A model generated the notes under the pieces. The model did no database searches. It was not told the origin of the DNA and worked only from the letters and a program-made list of their open reading frames with translations. From assembly GCA_963711835.1 (NCBI GenBank), contig CAVQFQ010000005.1, forward strand, positions 1-64,000: a stretch of DNA of 64,000 nt, given 5' to 3'. The translations under genes were made by a program, and so were the position numbers. Every line of letters starts with the position of its first letter. Position 1 is the stretch's first letter. The stretch is from an uncultured delta proteobacterium (GTDB taxonomy: Bacteria > Desulfobacterota > RBG-13-43-22). Shown piece by piece: positions 23,003-33,504 of the stretch.

Positions 23003-23671
23003 TCAGTCCAGGCCGTGCCGCAGGCTCGCGGCGGCGGCGAACGGTCCGATCACGAAGCTGATCAGCGACAGCGCGCACAGGATCGAAAACGGGGTGCCGA
23101 ACGACAACGGTCCAGAGATCGCCGCCTCCGACGCGGCGACGCCGAAAATCAGTACCGGGATCGACAGCGGCAGCACCAGCACCGCCAGCAGCAATCCGCC
23201 GCGATGCAGTGTCACCGCCAGTGCCGCGCCGATCATGCCGGTAAACGTCAATGCCGGCGTACCTGCCAGCAGCGTCAAGGCAACGGCCGAAGTCGAGCCG
23301 GCGTCGAGATTTAGCAACAGTCCCAAGACCGGCGTGGCGATAATCAGCGGCAATCCCGCGGCCAGCCAGTGCGCCAGTGCTTTCGCAGCACAGGTCAATT
23401 CCAGCGGCGTCCGGCTCATGACGATGAGATCGAGCGACCCGTCCTCATGATCGGCCATGAACAGCCGGTCAAGCGTGAGCAGGCTTGCGAGCAGGGCGCC
23501 GAGCCAGAGAAGCGCCGGACCGAGCCGCGCCAGCAAGGCAAGATCGGGCCCGAGCGCGAATGGCATCAGCACGACCACGATGAGAAAGAACAGCACGCCG
23601 ATCAGCGCACCGCCGCCGACGCGCAGCGCGATTCGGATGTCCCGTCGAATCAGTGCGATGAGGGCGGTCAT
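23003..23671 (-). CDS. ccmB: Heme exporter protein B
   Basis: [27 protein letters not shown]. Confidence 0.96.
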   Translation of the reverse strand: MTALIALIRRDIRIALRVGGGALIGVLFFLIVVVLMPFALGPDLALLARLGPALLWLGALLASLLTLDRLFMADHEDGSLDLIVMSRTPLELTCAAKALAHWLAAGLPLIIATPVLGLLLNLDAGSTSAVALTLLAGTPALTFTGMIGAALAVTLHRGGLLLAVLVLPLSIPVLIFGVAASEAAISGPLSFGTPFSILCALSLISFVIGPFAAAASLRHGLD

Positions 23672-24273
23672 GTCACGCCGCCCCCGATCCGCAGTTCCTT
23701 TGCTTCCATCCCCAACGGGGCGTGGGTTGCGGCGATGATCAGGCCGCCGCGCGCGAGATGATCGTGCATCAGGGTGGCAAACAGGCTCTGGCCGGCAGTA
23801 TCGAGCGCCGAGGTCGGCTCATCCAATAGCCAGATCGGCCGTCGCACCACGAGCAGCCGGGCGATCGAGAGCCGCCGGCGCTGTCCGGCCGACAGATACG
23901 CCGCCGGCAAATGCGCGGCGTGATCGAGCCCGACCGCGACCAGGCTTTCGGCGGCATTCAACGCCTCGCCGCCCAGAAAATCCCGCCAGAACACCAGGTT
24001 TTCCAGCACGCTCAGTGCGGGTTTCATCGCATCGCGATGACCGAGATAATGGGCCTGTTCGGCCACCGTCAGTTCCCGATCGCCGTCCTCAAGGCCGATC
24101 GATCCGGCGGCCAATGTCAGCAGGCCGGCGACGATCCGCAACAGCGAGGTTTTGCCCGATCCGTTGGGTCCGGTAACGGCCAGCGCCTCGCCGGAAGCGG
24201 CTGTAAAATCGAGCTCCGAGAACACCTCCCGGCCGCCCCGCACGCATTTGACGCCGCGTCCCAGGAGCCGCAT
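23668..24273 (-). CDS. ccmA: Heme ABC exporter ATP-binding protein
   Basis: [22 protein letters not shown]. Confidence 0.96.
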   Translation of the reverse strand: MRLLGRGVKCVRGGREVFSELDFTAASGEALAVTGPNGSGKTSLLRIVAGLLTLAAGSIGLEDGDRELTVAEQAHYLGHRDAMKPALSVLENLVFWRDFLGGEALNAAESLVAVGLDHAAHLPAAYLSAGQRRRLSIARLLVVRRPIWLLDEPTSALDTAGQSLFATLMHDHLARGGLIIAATHAPLGMEAKELRIGGGVT

Positions 24274-24483
24274 TTGCCCTTCCGTGGCCTTCCAGAATAA
24301 TGGATACCGCATTGCTGCGGCACGGTTGTCGCTGTGGCGATGCCACTGGAAAGATTTTAAAAGGTTCTATAAGCCGGAACTTGATGCAGCACACAATCCG
24401 CGGCTGCAAGCCATCAGGCTAAGCCTCGCTGACGGTGTTTGGATACCCTTGCCGGGGACAACGATGAATTGGGATTGCCTCAC

Positions 24484-27204
24484 ATGACCTCGCTCGACAG
24501 CTTCAAATGCCGGAAGACCCTCAAGGTCGGCAGCAAGACCTATGTCTATTACAGCCTGCCGGCCGCCGAGAAGAACGGTCTGAAGGGAATTTCCAAGCTG
24601 CCCTATTGCATGAAGGTGCTGCTGGAAAACCTGCTGCGCAATGAAGACGACCGCACCGTCAAGAAGGCGGACATCCTGGCGGTTGCGAAGTGGCTCAAGA
24701 AGCGCAAGCTCGAACATGAAATCGCTTTCCGCCCGGCGCGGGTGCTGATGCAGGATTTCACCGGCGTGCCGGCGGTGGTCGATCTCGCCGCGATGCGCAA
24801 CGCCATGCAGGCGCTCGGCGGGGACGCGGAAAAAATCAATCCGCTGGTGCCGGTCGATCTCGTGATCGATCATTCGGTGATCGTGAACTTCTTCGGCGAC
24901 AACAAGGCGTTCGGCAAGAACGTGGTCGAGGAATATAAGCAGAATCAGGAGCGCTACGAATTCCTGAAATGGGGCCAGAAGGCGTTTTCGAGTTTCTCCG
25001 TGGTGCCGCCCGGCACCGGCATCTGCCATCAGGTCAATCTCGAATATCTGGCCCAGACAGTCTGGACCCGGAAGGAGAAGCTGACGGTCGGCAAGAAGAA
25101 AGGCACCTTCGAGGTCGCCTATCCGGACACGCTGGTCGGTACTGATTCGCACACCACGATGGTCAACGGCCTTGCCGTGCTCGGCTGGGGCGTCGGCGGC
25201 ATCGAGGCGGAAGCCGCGATGCTGGGCCAGCCGCTGTCGATGCTGCTGCCGGAAGTGGTCGGCTTCAAGCTCAAGGGGCAGTTGAAGGAAGGCGTTACCG
25301 CCACCGACCTGGTGCTGACCGTGACGCAGATGCTGCGCAAGCAGGGCGTGGTCGGCAAGTTCGTTGAGTTTTTCGGCCCCGGCCTCGATTATCTCTCGGT
25401 GGCCGACAAGGCGACCATCGGCAACATGGCGCCGGAATACGGCGCGACCTGCGGCTTCTTCCCGGTCGATTCCGAGACCATCGATTATCTCAAGACCTCG
25501 GGCCGCAAGTCCGATCGGGTCGCGCTGGTGACCGCCTACGCCAAGGCGCAGGGCCTGTTTCGATCCGCCAAATCACCCGATCCGGTCTTCACGGAAACGC
25601 TGACGCTCGACCTCGGCGATGTGGTGCCGTCGATGGCTGGCCCGAAACGCCCCGAGGGGCGTGTCGCGCTGCCCGCGGTCGCGGAGGGTTTCGCCGCGGC
25701 GATGACCAGCGAATACAAGAAAGCCGCCGACACCTCCAGGCGTTACCCGGTGGAAAATCGCAATTTCGATCTCGGCCACGGCGACGTGGTGATCGCGGCG
25801 ATCACCTCGTGCACCAATACTTCCAATCCGAGCGTGCTGATCGGCGCCGGCCTGCTGGCGCGCAATGCCGCCGCCAAGGGCCTTACCGCAAAGCCCTGGG
25901 TCAAGACCTCGCTGGCGCCCGGCAGCCAGGTGGTCGCGGAGTATCTTTCCAATTCCGGACTGCAGCTTGATCTCGACAAGGTCGGCTTCAATCTGGTCGG
26001 CTTCGGCTGCACCACCTGCATCGGTAATTCCGGACCGCTGCCAGAAGAGATTTCGAAGTCGATCAACGATAACGGCATCATCGGCGCCGCGGTGCTGTCG
26101 GGCAATCGCAACTTCGAAGGCCGCGTCAGCCCGGACGTGCAGGCCAATTATCTGGCTTCGCCGCCGCTGGTGGTGGCCTATGCGCTGGCCGGAACGGTGA
26201 CGAAAAATCTCGCGGTCGAGCCCCTCGGCAACGGCAGGGACGGCAAGCCGGTTTACCTGAAGGACATCTGGCCGACGACCAAGGAGATCAACGCGTTGAT
26301 GAAGAAGTTCGTCACCGCGGCGATCTTCAAGAAGCGTTACGCCGATGTGTTCAAGGGCGACACCAACTGGCGCAAGATCAAGACCGTCGAGAGCGAAACC
26401 TATCGCTGGAACATGAGTTCGACCTACGTTCAGAACCCGCCTTACTTCGAAGGCATGAAGAAAGAGCCGGAACCGATTGTCGATGTCGTCGACGCGCGCA
26501 TTCTGGCGATCTTCGGCGACAAGATCACCACCGACCACATCTCGCCGGCCGGTGCGATCAAGCTGACGTCGCCGGCGGGGAAATATCTCTCCGAGCACCA
26601 GGTGCGCCCGGCCGATTTCAATCAATACGGCACCCGGCGCGGCAATCATGAAGTCATGATGCGCGGCACCTTCGCCAATATTCGGATCAAGAACTTCATG
26701 CTGAAGGGCGCCGACGGCAACATCCCCGAAGGCGGCCTGACCAAGCATTGGCCCGATGGCGAGCAGATGTCGATCTACGATGCCGCGATGAAGTATCAGG
26801 CCGAGAAGGTGCCGCTGGTGGTTTTCGCCGGCGCCGAATACGGCAACGGCTCATCGCGCGACTGGGCCGCGAAGGGAACGCGGCTGCTCGGCGTCCGCGC
26901 CGTGATTTGCCAGAGCTTCGAACGCATCCACCGCTCCAATCTGGTCGGTATGGGCGTGTTGCCGCTGACGTTCGAGGAGGGCGCGTCCTGGCAGTCGATC
27001 GGGCTGAAGGGCGATGAGAAGGTGACGATTCGCGGCCTGCAGGGCGATCTGAAACCACGCCAGAAGCTGACGGCGGAGATCGTGAGCGGCGATGGCTCGC
27101 TGCAGCGCGTCTCGTTGCTGTGCCGCATCGATACGCTCGACGAACTCGAATACTATCGAAACGGGGGCATTCTGCATTACGTGCTGCGCAAGCTGGCCGC
27201 CTGA
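24484..27204 (+). CDS. acnA: Aconitate hydratase A
   Basis: RVLMQDFTGVP, DSHTTM, SCTNTSNP, GCTTCIGNSG, GSSRDWAAKG; 906 aa. Confidence 0.99.
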   Translation: MTSLDSFKCRKTLKVGSKTYVYYSLPAAEKNGLKGISKLPYCMKVLLENLLRNEDDRTVKKADILAVAKWLKKRKLEHEIAFRPARVLMQDFTGVPAVVDLAAMRNAMQALGGDAEKINPLVPVDLVIDHSVIVNFFGDNKAFGKNVVEEYKQNQERYEFLKWGQKAFSSFSVVPPGTGICHQVNLEYLAQTVWTRKEKLTVGKKKGTFEVAYPDTLVGTDSHTTMVNGLAVLGWGVGGIEAEAAMLGQPLSMLLPEVVGFKLKGQLKEGVTATDLVLTVTQMLRKQGVVGKFVEFFGPGLDYLSVADKATIGNMAPEYGATCGFFPVDSETIDYLKTSGRKSDRVALVTAYAKAQGLFRSAKSPDPVFTETLTLDLGDVVPSMAGPKRPEGRVALPAVAEGFAAAMTSEYKKAADTSRRYPVENRNFDLGHGDVVIAAITSCTNTSNPSVLIGAGLLARNAAAKGLTAKPWVKTSLAPGSQVVAEYLSNSGLQLDLDKVGFNLVGFGCTTCIGNSGPLPEEISKSINDNGIIGAAVLSGNRNFEGRVSPDVQANYLASPPLVVAYALAGTVTKNLAVEPLGNGRDGKPVYLKDIWPTTKEINALMKKFVTAAIFKKRYADVFKGDTNWRKIKTVESETYRWNMSSTYVQNPPYFEGMKKEPEPIVDVVDARILAIFGDKITTDHISPAGAIKLTSPAGKYLSEHQVRPADFNQYGTRRGNHEVMMRGTFANIRIKNFMLKGADGNIPEGGLTKHWPDGEQMSIYDAAMKYQAEKVPLVVFAGAEYGNGSSRDWAAKGTRLLGVRAVICQSFERIHRSNLVGMGVLPLTFEEGASWQSIGLKGDEKVTIRGLQGDLKPRQKLTAEIVSGDGSLQRVSLLCRIDTLDELEYYRNGGILHYVLRKLAA

Positions 27205-27369
27205 TGCGAATTGTGGTCGGTGCCTCACCGCGAAGTGAGTGGCGAGTGAAGGGGAGGCGGCCTATGAAGGGTCGCCTTCTGCGTTCGAAGGCCGGCGCGC
27301 TCGGGTGCCGCGGGGCAGATGCAATCACGGCAGCGGCGCGAAAGTCTCCCGGTTTCCAGTATGACAGCG

Positions 27370-28124
27370 ATGATGGCCTATAATTGTATTTCGCGGTGGT
27401 CGGGTGCGCTTGGCGTCTGCGCCATTGTAGCGATCGTCCGTCCAGCCCTGGCCGATCCGCGCGCGGTGGTCGAACTTTTCACGTCGCAAGGCTGCTCGTC
27501 ATGCCCCGCGGCCGACGAGATCATGGGTGAACTCGCCAAGGATCCATCGATCGTCGCGTTGAGCATGCCGATCGACTACTGGGATTATCTCGGCTGGAAA
27601 GACACGCTGGCGGATGCGCGCTTCAGTGCCCGTCAGAAAGCCTATTCACGGATGCGCGGCGATCGCGAAGTCTACACGCCGCAAGTGGTCGTCAACGGGT
27701 CGGTGCATGTGATCGGCAGCGATCGCGCCGGCATCGAAGGCGCAATCGGCGATACCAAAGAGTTGACGGTGTGATGTCGGTGCCGGTTTCGATGACGCTG
27801 ACCGGCAAGCAAATCAATGTTGCGGTCGCGGCCTCCAGCAAGGGTCCTGCCGCGATGCACGGCGAAATCTGGATCGGTTCGATCTCGAAAGCGGTGCCGA
27901 TTGCCATTGGCCGCGGCGAGAATCGCGGCCGCGAAGTCACCTACTACAATGTGGTGCGTAACCTGTTGAAGGTCGGCGACTGGAACGGCAGCTCCGGGAG
28001 CTGGACGGTGCCGCTGGAAAATATCTCGCGCGAGGGAATCGATGCCGCTGTGGTCTATATCCAGGACGGCAGTCGCGACAGGCCCGGCCCAATGCTGGGC
28101 GCGGCATATACGTCGCTGCATTAA
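27370..28124 (+). CDS. DUF1223 thioredoxin-like secreted protein; frameshift near 27760
   Basis: VVELFTSQGCSSCP, YWDYLGWKDT, YTPQ, then GENRGREVTYYNVVR in the next frame. Confidence 0.88.
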
Positions 28125-28226
28125 AGCGTTTTTGAGCGAAGTGGAAACCGGTTCGCGTGAAGAAAACGCGTCAAATAAATGAGTAGAGCCTCCGTTCCGA
28201 TTCAGTCGGAACGGAAAAGGCTCTGA
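28122..28226 (+). repeat. Composite ~105-bp interspersed repeat (MITE-like)
   Basis: The left half matches 5365-5427 and the right half matches 6291-6328; begins at a TAA stop codon. Confidence 0.75.
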
Positions 28227-28311
28227 TTGATCTCACCGGTACTTTTTGTTTCGTGAGGCCAGTTTGCGGTTCGCAAGGCCAAACGGAAACACGAGCCCAG
28301 CAAGAAAGCCC

Positions 28312-28480
28312 AAAAAGAAAAAGGACCAACTCTCGTTGGCCCAGTATTGGGGTCTTGCGAACAGGCCCGATCCTGACGACCCCGGGGGGCTGGGGGCTGA
28401 GGAATCCGGTGCCGAAAGGACCGGGCCAACGCAGGATCCCCTTGTCGCAATCCAGAAGGGCGGTCGATAGGCGGAAATTG
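28312..28480 (-). ncRNA. Candidate structured small RNA with C-rich loop and intrinsic terminator
   Basis: Minus strand: CATAAT -10 box (28487-28492), complementary blocks GGCCCGGTCCT/AGGATCGGGCC and TTGCGA/TCGCAA, CCCCCAGCCCCCC stretch, GGGCCAAC-GAGA-GTTGGTCC hairpin followed by a U-run. Confidence 0.6.
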
Positions 28481-28646
28481 GGCAGTATTATGATTCCGCT
28501 AACGATCCCGTGACGGTATATTTCCCGCTTGATCAGAGGTTGCGATCCTCCGTCGCGCACTAATTCGAACGCGCCCGCCGCCACCCTCTTGCAGCCGTGC
28601 GCAGTTGGCGCGATCATGTCACCGAAATGACAGCAGGAGGCGCTCC

Positions 28647-29018
28647 ATGAGTTTGATGCCGGAGGAAGCCGATCCAAGCGAGAATCGCGCAGCGGCGCGC
28701 ATTGCCGCTGCGGGGCCGTTGCCGAGCCGTGTGACGTTCAATCGCGTCGAACTCAACCGTATCTTGAATCTGTACGGGCGCATGGTCGCCGACGGCGAGT
28801 GGCGCGACTACGCCATCGATTTTCTGAAAGACCGCGCGGTGTTTTCGGTGTTCCGCCGCGCTTCCGAAGTTCCGATCTACCGAATCGAAAAAGATCCGAG
28901 GCTGGCGCGCAAGCAGGGGATCTACAGCGTGATCTCGGCGACCGGGCTGATCCTGCGCCGCGGCCACGAACTTGACCGCGTGCTGCTGGTGATCGACCGC
29001 AAGCTGTCGGTGGTCTAA
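28647..29018 (+). CDS. DUF2794 family protein
   Basis: ILNLYGRMVADGEWRDYAID, YRIEKDP, LRRGHEL; AGGAGG SD. Confidence 0.88.
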   Translation: MSLMPEEADPSENRAAARIAAAGPLPSRVTFNRVELNRILNLYGRMVADGEWRDYAIDFLKDRAVFSVFRRASEVPIYRIEKDPRLARKQGIYSVISATGLILRRGHELDRVLLVIDRKLSVV

Positions 29019-29032
29019 CCGCCCCGTTGCTT

Positions 29033-29160
29033 GTCATTCGGGACCAGCGGGCAGCGCTGGAACCGGAATCCAGAGTTATTGAATTTTTTTGCCGCGCGAG
29101 ATTCCGGGTTCGGCTTGGAGCCTGCCATCGGTCGCGCATTCGCGCGACCCGTTTGAGCCG
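29033..29160. repeat. Palindromic repeat cluster (GAACCGGAATC...GATTCCGGGTTC; GCGCATTCGCGCGACCCG)
   Basis: Inverted repeats between convergent genes. Confidence 0.6.
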
Positions 29161-29179
29161 CCCCTGAAAACGAATTTAA

Positions 29180-29725
29180 TTAATATTGGGTGCCGTGTTC
29201 GGCCGGCAACGTGCTCCCGCCATCGCCCAGCGGCCGCTGCATCATCACGGTGTCGAGCCAGCGGCCGAACTTGAAGCCGACGTCGGGATGCGTCCCGATC
29301 AGCCGGAATCCGGTCCGGGTATGCACGCCGATCGATCCGGCGTTGGCGGAATCTCCGATCACCGCGATCATCTGCCGATAGCCGCGCGCCTCGGATTCGG
29401 CAATCAGTCTTTGCAGCAATTGCATGCCGATCCCGCGCCGGTGAATCGCAGGTTGCAGATAGACCGAATTCTCAACGGTGAAGCGATAGGCCGGCCGCGG
29501 CCGGTAGGCGCCGGCATAGGCGTATCCGACTACCTGGCCTTCGAGCACGGCGACCAGATAGGGAAAGCCGCCGCCCATCAACACGCCAAAACGCCGTGTC
29601 ATCTCGGCCAGATCGGGCGGGATCAACTCGAAGGTCGCGGTGCCGTAGCGGACCGCGTGGCCGTAGATCTCGGTAATGGCTGACAGGTCGGCGGCGGCGG
29701 CAGGTCTGATTTCGGCAGCGGACAT
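29180..29725 (-). CDS. GNAT N-acetyltransferase (phosphinothricin acetyltransferase/YncA-like)
   Basis: TATFE, YRPRPAYRFTVENSVY, VGFKFGRWLD. Confidence 0.9.
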   Translation of the reverse strand: MSAAEIRPAAAADLSAITEIYGHAVRYGTATFELIPPDLAEMTRRFGVLMGGGFPYLVAVLEGQVVGYAYAGAYRPRPAYRFTVENSVYLQPAIHRRGIGMQLLQRLIAESEARGYRQMIAVIGDSANAGSIGVHTRTGFRLIGTHPDVGFKFGRWLDTVMMQRPLGDGGSTLPAEHGTQY

Positions 29726-29752
29726 GGCGCGGAGACTATTTTTGTCCGTTCC

Positions 29753-29784
29753 AAAAGAAAAGCCCCGGCCGCAAGGCCGGGGCT
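29753..29784 (-). terminator. Intrinsic terminator
   Basis: AGCCCCGGCC-GCAA-GGCCGGGGCT perfect hairpin plus A-run, downstream of the YccA gene. Confidence 0.8.
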
Positions 29785-29810
29785 CGAACCATCCGCTATG
29801 GCGCGGGCGA

Positions 29811-30602
29811 TCAGTCGCGCTGGCCGAGCAATTGCAGGAGCAGCGTGAACAGGTTGATGAAGTTCAAATAGAGCGACAATGCGCCGGTGATCGCAGCCCG
29901 CTCCGCCACGTCGCCGCCCTGCGAGGCGTAGCCGTAGATGTAATCGTTCTTCAGCCGCTGGGTATCCCAGGCGGTGAGGCCGGCAAACACCAGCACGCCG
30001 ACCACCGACACGATGAACTGCAGCATCGAGCTGGCAACGAAGATATTGACCACGCTTGCGATGATGATGCCGAACAGGCCCATGATCAGGAACGAGCCCA
30101 TACCGGTCATGTCACGCTTGGTAGTGTAGCCATACAGGCTTAGCGCGCCGAACGATGCCGCGGTGATGAAGAACACCCGCACGATCGAGGTGTGCGTATA
30201 CACCAGGAAGATCGACGACAGCGAAATGCCCATTAGCGCCGAGAACACCCAGAACAGCATCTGGGCCGTCGCCGGCCGCAGCCGGTTGATGCCGGCGGAG
30301 ATAACGAACACCATCGCCAGCGGCGCCAGCATGAACAGCCATTTCAGCGGGCTGACGAACATAGCGTAACCGAACGGCGTCAGGAAGGCATTGCCGATCT
30401 TGGCAGCGCCGCCGGCCGGATCCGTCGTCACCGCCGCCATATAGATGCCGAGCGCAGCGAGGCCGGTAATGGCGAGGCCGATGCTCATGTAATTGTAGAT
30501 GCGCAGCATGTAGGCGCGCAGACCGGCGTCGACGGCCGCGGCGTCAGTGCGCCCGGCGGCCCGGCCGAAAGGAGAAGCGTAGTTGCGGTCTAGGTCCGAC
30601 AT
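29811..30602 (-). CDS. Bax inhibitor-1/YccA family membrane protein
   Basis: DAGLRAYM, YGYTTKRD, AWDTQRLK, ALSLYLNFINLF. Confidence 0.93.
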   Translation of the reverse strand: MSDLDRNYASPFGRAAGRTDAAAVDAGLRAYMLRIYNYMSIGLAITGLAALGIYMAAVTTDPAGGAAKIGNAFLTPFGYAMFVSPLKWLFMLAPLAMVFVISAGINRLRPATAQMLFWVFSALMGISLSSIFLVYTHTSIVRVFFITAASFGALSLYGYTTKRDMTGMGSFLIMGLFGIIIASVVNIFVASSMLQFIVSVVGVLVFAGLTAWDTQRLKNDYIYGYASQGGDVAERAAITGALSLYLNFINLFTLLLQLLGQRD

Positions 30603-30848
30603 GGTCGAATTCCCGTTGTTTGTCCGGCAGTGCGCAAAGGGTTCGCGACGCCGGTGCAGAAAGCTATCCCAGATACCGCCATTTGCTGACATTAATTTTA
30701 AGTCATCAAGCTGGCGTCCGAGCCTGACTGGTATGTGGGAAACTAGCACATTCCCTGCAAGCTTCCATGCGCGGCTGAATGTCGCTCCGCAGGCGAGATT
30801 TCAGGTGAATACGCCCTCACGCTGCGGCGCCGATTGTTTCAATTTGTG

Positions 30849-33504
30849 TCACAAGTTCCGCAGCACCGTAGCCGGCTTCTGGTTCAGGGCCAGCAACGTG
30901 CCGGCAAGTCCCAGTCCCACGGTGGCGATCAGCGCCACCGCCACCACGACGGTGGCGCTGCCGGCCTGCCAGATGAAGCTCAGCGTCATCAGCCGGGTCA
31001 CGATCAGCCAGGCGGCGACCGAGCCTGCGATCACGCCGAAAATCGCGGTGGCAAAGCCGATCATCAGATATTCCAGCGCATAGGCGCCGAGCAGCCGCGC
31101 CCGCGTGGCGCCCAGGGTCTTGAGAATGACAGCATCATAGACCCGATGGCGATGACCGGCGGCGAGCGCTCCGCCCAGCACCAGTACCGCGGAAATCAAC
31201 GTCACCGCGCTGGCGCCGCGGATCGCCAGCACCAGGTTGGTGACCACGGCGCCGATGGTGTCCAGCGCCTCGCGGACCCGCACGCTCGTCACCATCGGAA
31301 ATGCGTCGGCCACCGATTTGATGATCCGGGCGTCGCCGCTGGGGTCCGGGTGGGTCTCGGTCAGCGTCGCGACATGGGTGTGCGGCGCGCCCTTGAAGGC
31401 GTTGGGGGAGAACACCAGCACGAAATTCATGCCGAGGCTCTGCCAATCCACCGTGCGCATGTTGCTGATGGTGGCCGGAATATCGCGGCCGAGCACATTG
31501 ACGACGATCTCGTCGCCGATCTTGAGCTTGAGCCCGTCGGCGATCTTCTTCTCGATCGACACCAGCGGCGGCCCGTCATAATTCGCATCCCACCATTTGC
31601 CCTCGACAATCTTCGAGCCCTTGGGGACTTCGCTGGCGGAAGTCAGCCCGCGGTCGCTCTGCAGCACCCATTCGGCGTCGGTCGAAGGCTTGAGGTCTTC
31701 CGCCTTGACCCCGCGGGCGGCGACGATGCGTCCGCGCAGCATCGCCACGTCATCGACGGTCGATTGCGGCGTGGTCGCTTTGAGGAACGCGGCAAAGCGG
31801 TCGGCTTCGGTGCTCGGAATATCGATGAAATAGAATGACGGCGCGCGGTCGGGCAGGGCGGCCAGGAATTGCCGCCGCAGATTGCCATCGATCTGCGTGA
31901 TCGTGACCAGCACGGCGAGACCGAGGCCGAGCGACATCACCACCGACGGGGTCAACGCGCCCGGCCGGTGGATGTTCGCGATCGCCAGCCGCAGCATGGT
32001 GATGCGGGTGCGCGGCAGGCGGCGCGCCACCGCCATCAGGATAGCGGCGATGCCGCGCAACAGCGCAAACACCACGATCGAGGAAGCGACGAATACCGCC
32101 GCGACCCGCTTGTCGTAGGCGAGCCCGATCGCCACCGCGACCAGCAACGCGATCACCGCGGCCATCAAGGCGAGATAGCGCCATCGCGGGCGGTGCCATT
32201 CGCTGGTCACCGCTTCGCGGAACAATGCCGCGACCGGCACATCATGCACCCGGCCGAGCGGCCACAGTCCGAAGGCAAGCGCGGTCAATAAGCCATAGAC
32301 CAATGACAGCAACAGCGCATCGGGATGCAGCGCCGGCACCACCGGCAACGGCAGCAGCTTGCCGAACACGCCGGCGACGATGAACGGCAGTGCCGCGCCG
32401 GCGGCAAGCCCGATCACCGAGCCGACCACGGCGAGCACGATCACTTGCGTGAGATAGATGGTGAAGACGTCGCCGCCGGTGGCGCCCAGCGCCTTGAACG
32501 CCGCGATCACGTCGCGGCGGCGATCGATGTGGCTTTTGACGGCGTTGGCGACGCCGACGCCACCGACCAGCAGCGCGGCAAGCCCGACCAGTGTGAGGAA
32601 CTGGGTGAAGCGGCTGATGGTGCGTTCGAGCTGCGGCGAAGCATTGTCGCGGGAGCGGATTTCCCAGCCGGCCTGCGGCGCCGCATTTCTCGCATCGTTG
32701 ACCAGCGCAGTTACCGCTCGATCATTGGCCGCGTGGTCCGGCAGCTTTACCCGATAGATCCAGTGCACCAGGCTGCCGGGTTGCAACAACCCGGTCGCGC
32801 GCAAGCCGGCCTCGCTGACCAGGAACCGCGGGCCGAAGCCGACCCCGCCGGCGAGCTTGTCGGGCTCGGCGCTGACCACGCTGCGAATTTGAAAGCTCGC
32901 ATTGCCGATGGTGACGCGGTCGCCGATCTTGAGATCGAGCCGCGCCAGCAGGGTTGAATTCAGCGGCCGCGCCGAACACGGCCCCGGTATCGTGTTGAGA
33001 GTTGCCTTGCGGCGAATTGCCTTGTCGAGAAGGGTCTTGTCGAGAAGGGTCTTGGCGAGAAGGGTCTTGGCGCTCGGCCAGCAGCTCGGTCGTCGGCATC
33101 GTCGGATCGAGCGTCAATGCGCCGAGCATGGGATAGGTGCTGTCCACCGCCTTGAGTTCGACCAAGGCGAGCCGGCCATCGCCGGTGCGGGCCATGGCGC
33201 GCAACGTCGCCGCTACCGATACCTCGCCGCGGGAACGTAGAAACGCAATTTCGTCAGGTTTGGCTTCACGCTGCATCAAGGAGAAGGCGGCGTCGCCGCC
33301 GAGCAGGGTGCGGCCCTCGCGCGCCAGTCCCTCGCTGAGACTGGCCGCGACCGAGCCGACACCGGCGATCGCCATCACGCCGAGGGCGATGCAGGCAATG
33401 AAAACGTAGAAGCCGCGCAGACCCCCGCGCAATTCGCGCAAGGCAAAGCGCAGCGCAAGCCATGCCGCGCGTTTGCCAGGGATCGGTTCGGCGATGAGGG
33501 TCAT
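30849..33504 (-). CDS. FtsX-like ABC transporter permease (YbbP-like); frameshift near 32958
   Basis: RELRGGLRGF N-terminus, two FtsX domains, APSFYFIDI, DRGLT; split over ORFs 32722..33504 and 30849..32879. Confidence 0.88.
32991..33072 (-). repeat. In-frame 15-bp tandem repeat (RQDPS x3 plus degenerate QGNS copies)
   Basis: CTTG(T/G)CGAGAAGGGT x3 at 33021-33065, plus diverged units. Confidence 0.9.

Noticed and set aside
32991-33072. CRISPR-like array
   Set aside because: The 15-bp units are contiguous without spacers, lie in frame within a CDS, and there are no cas genes.
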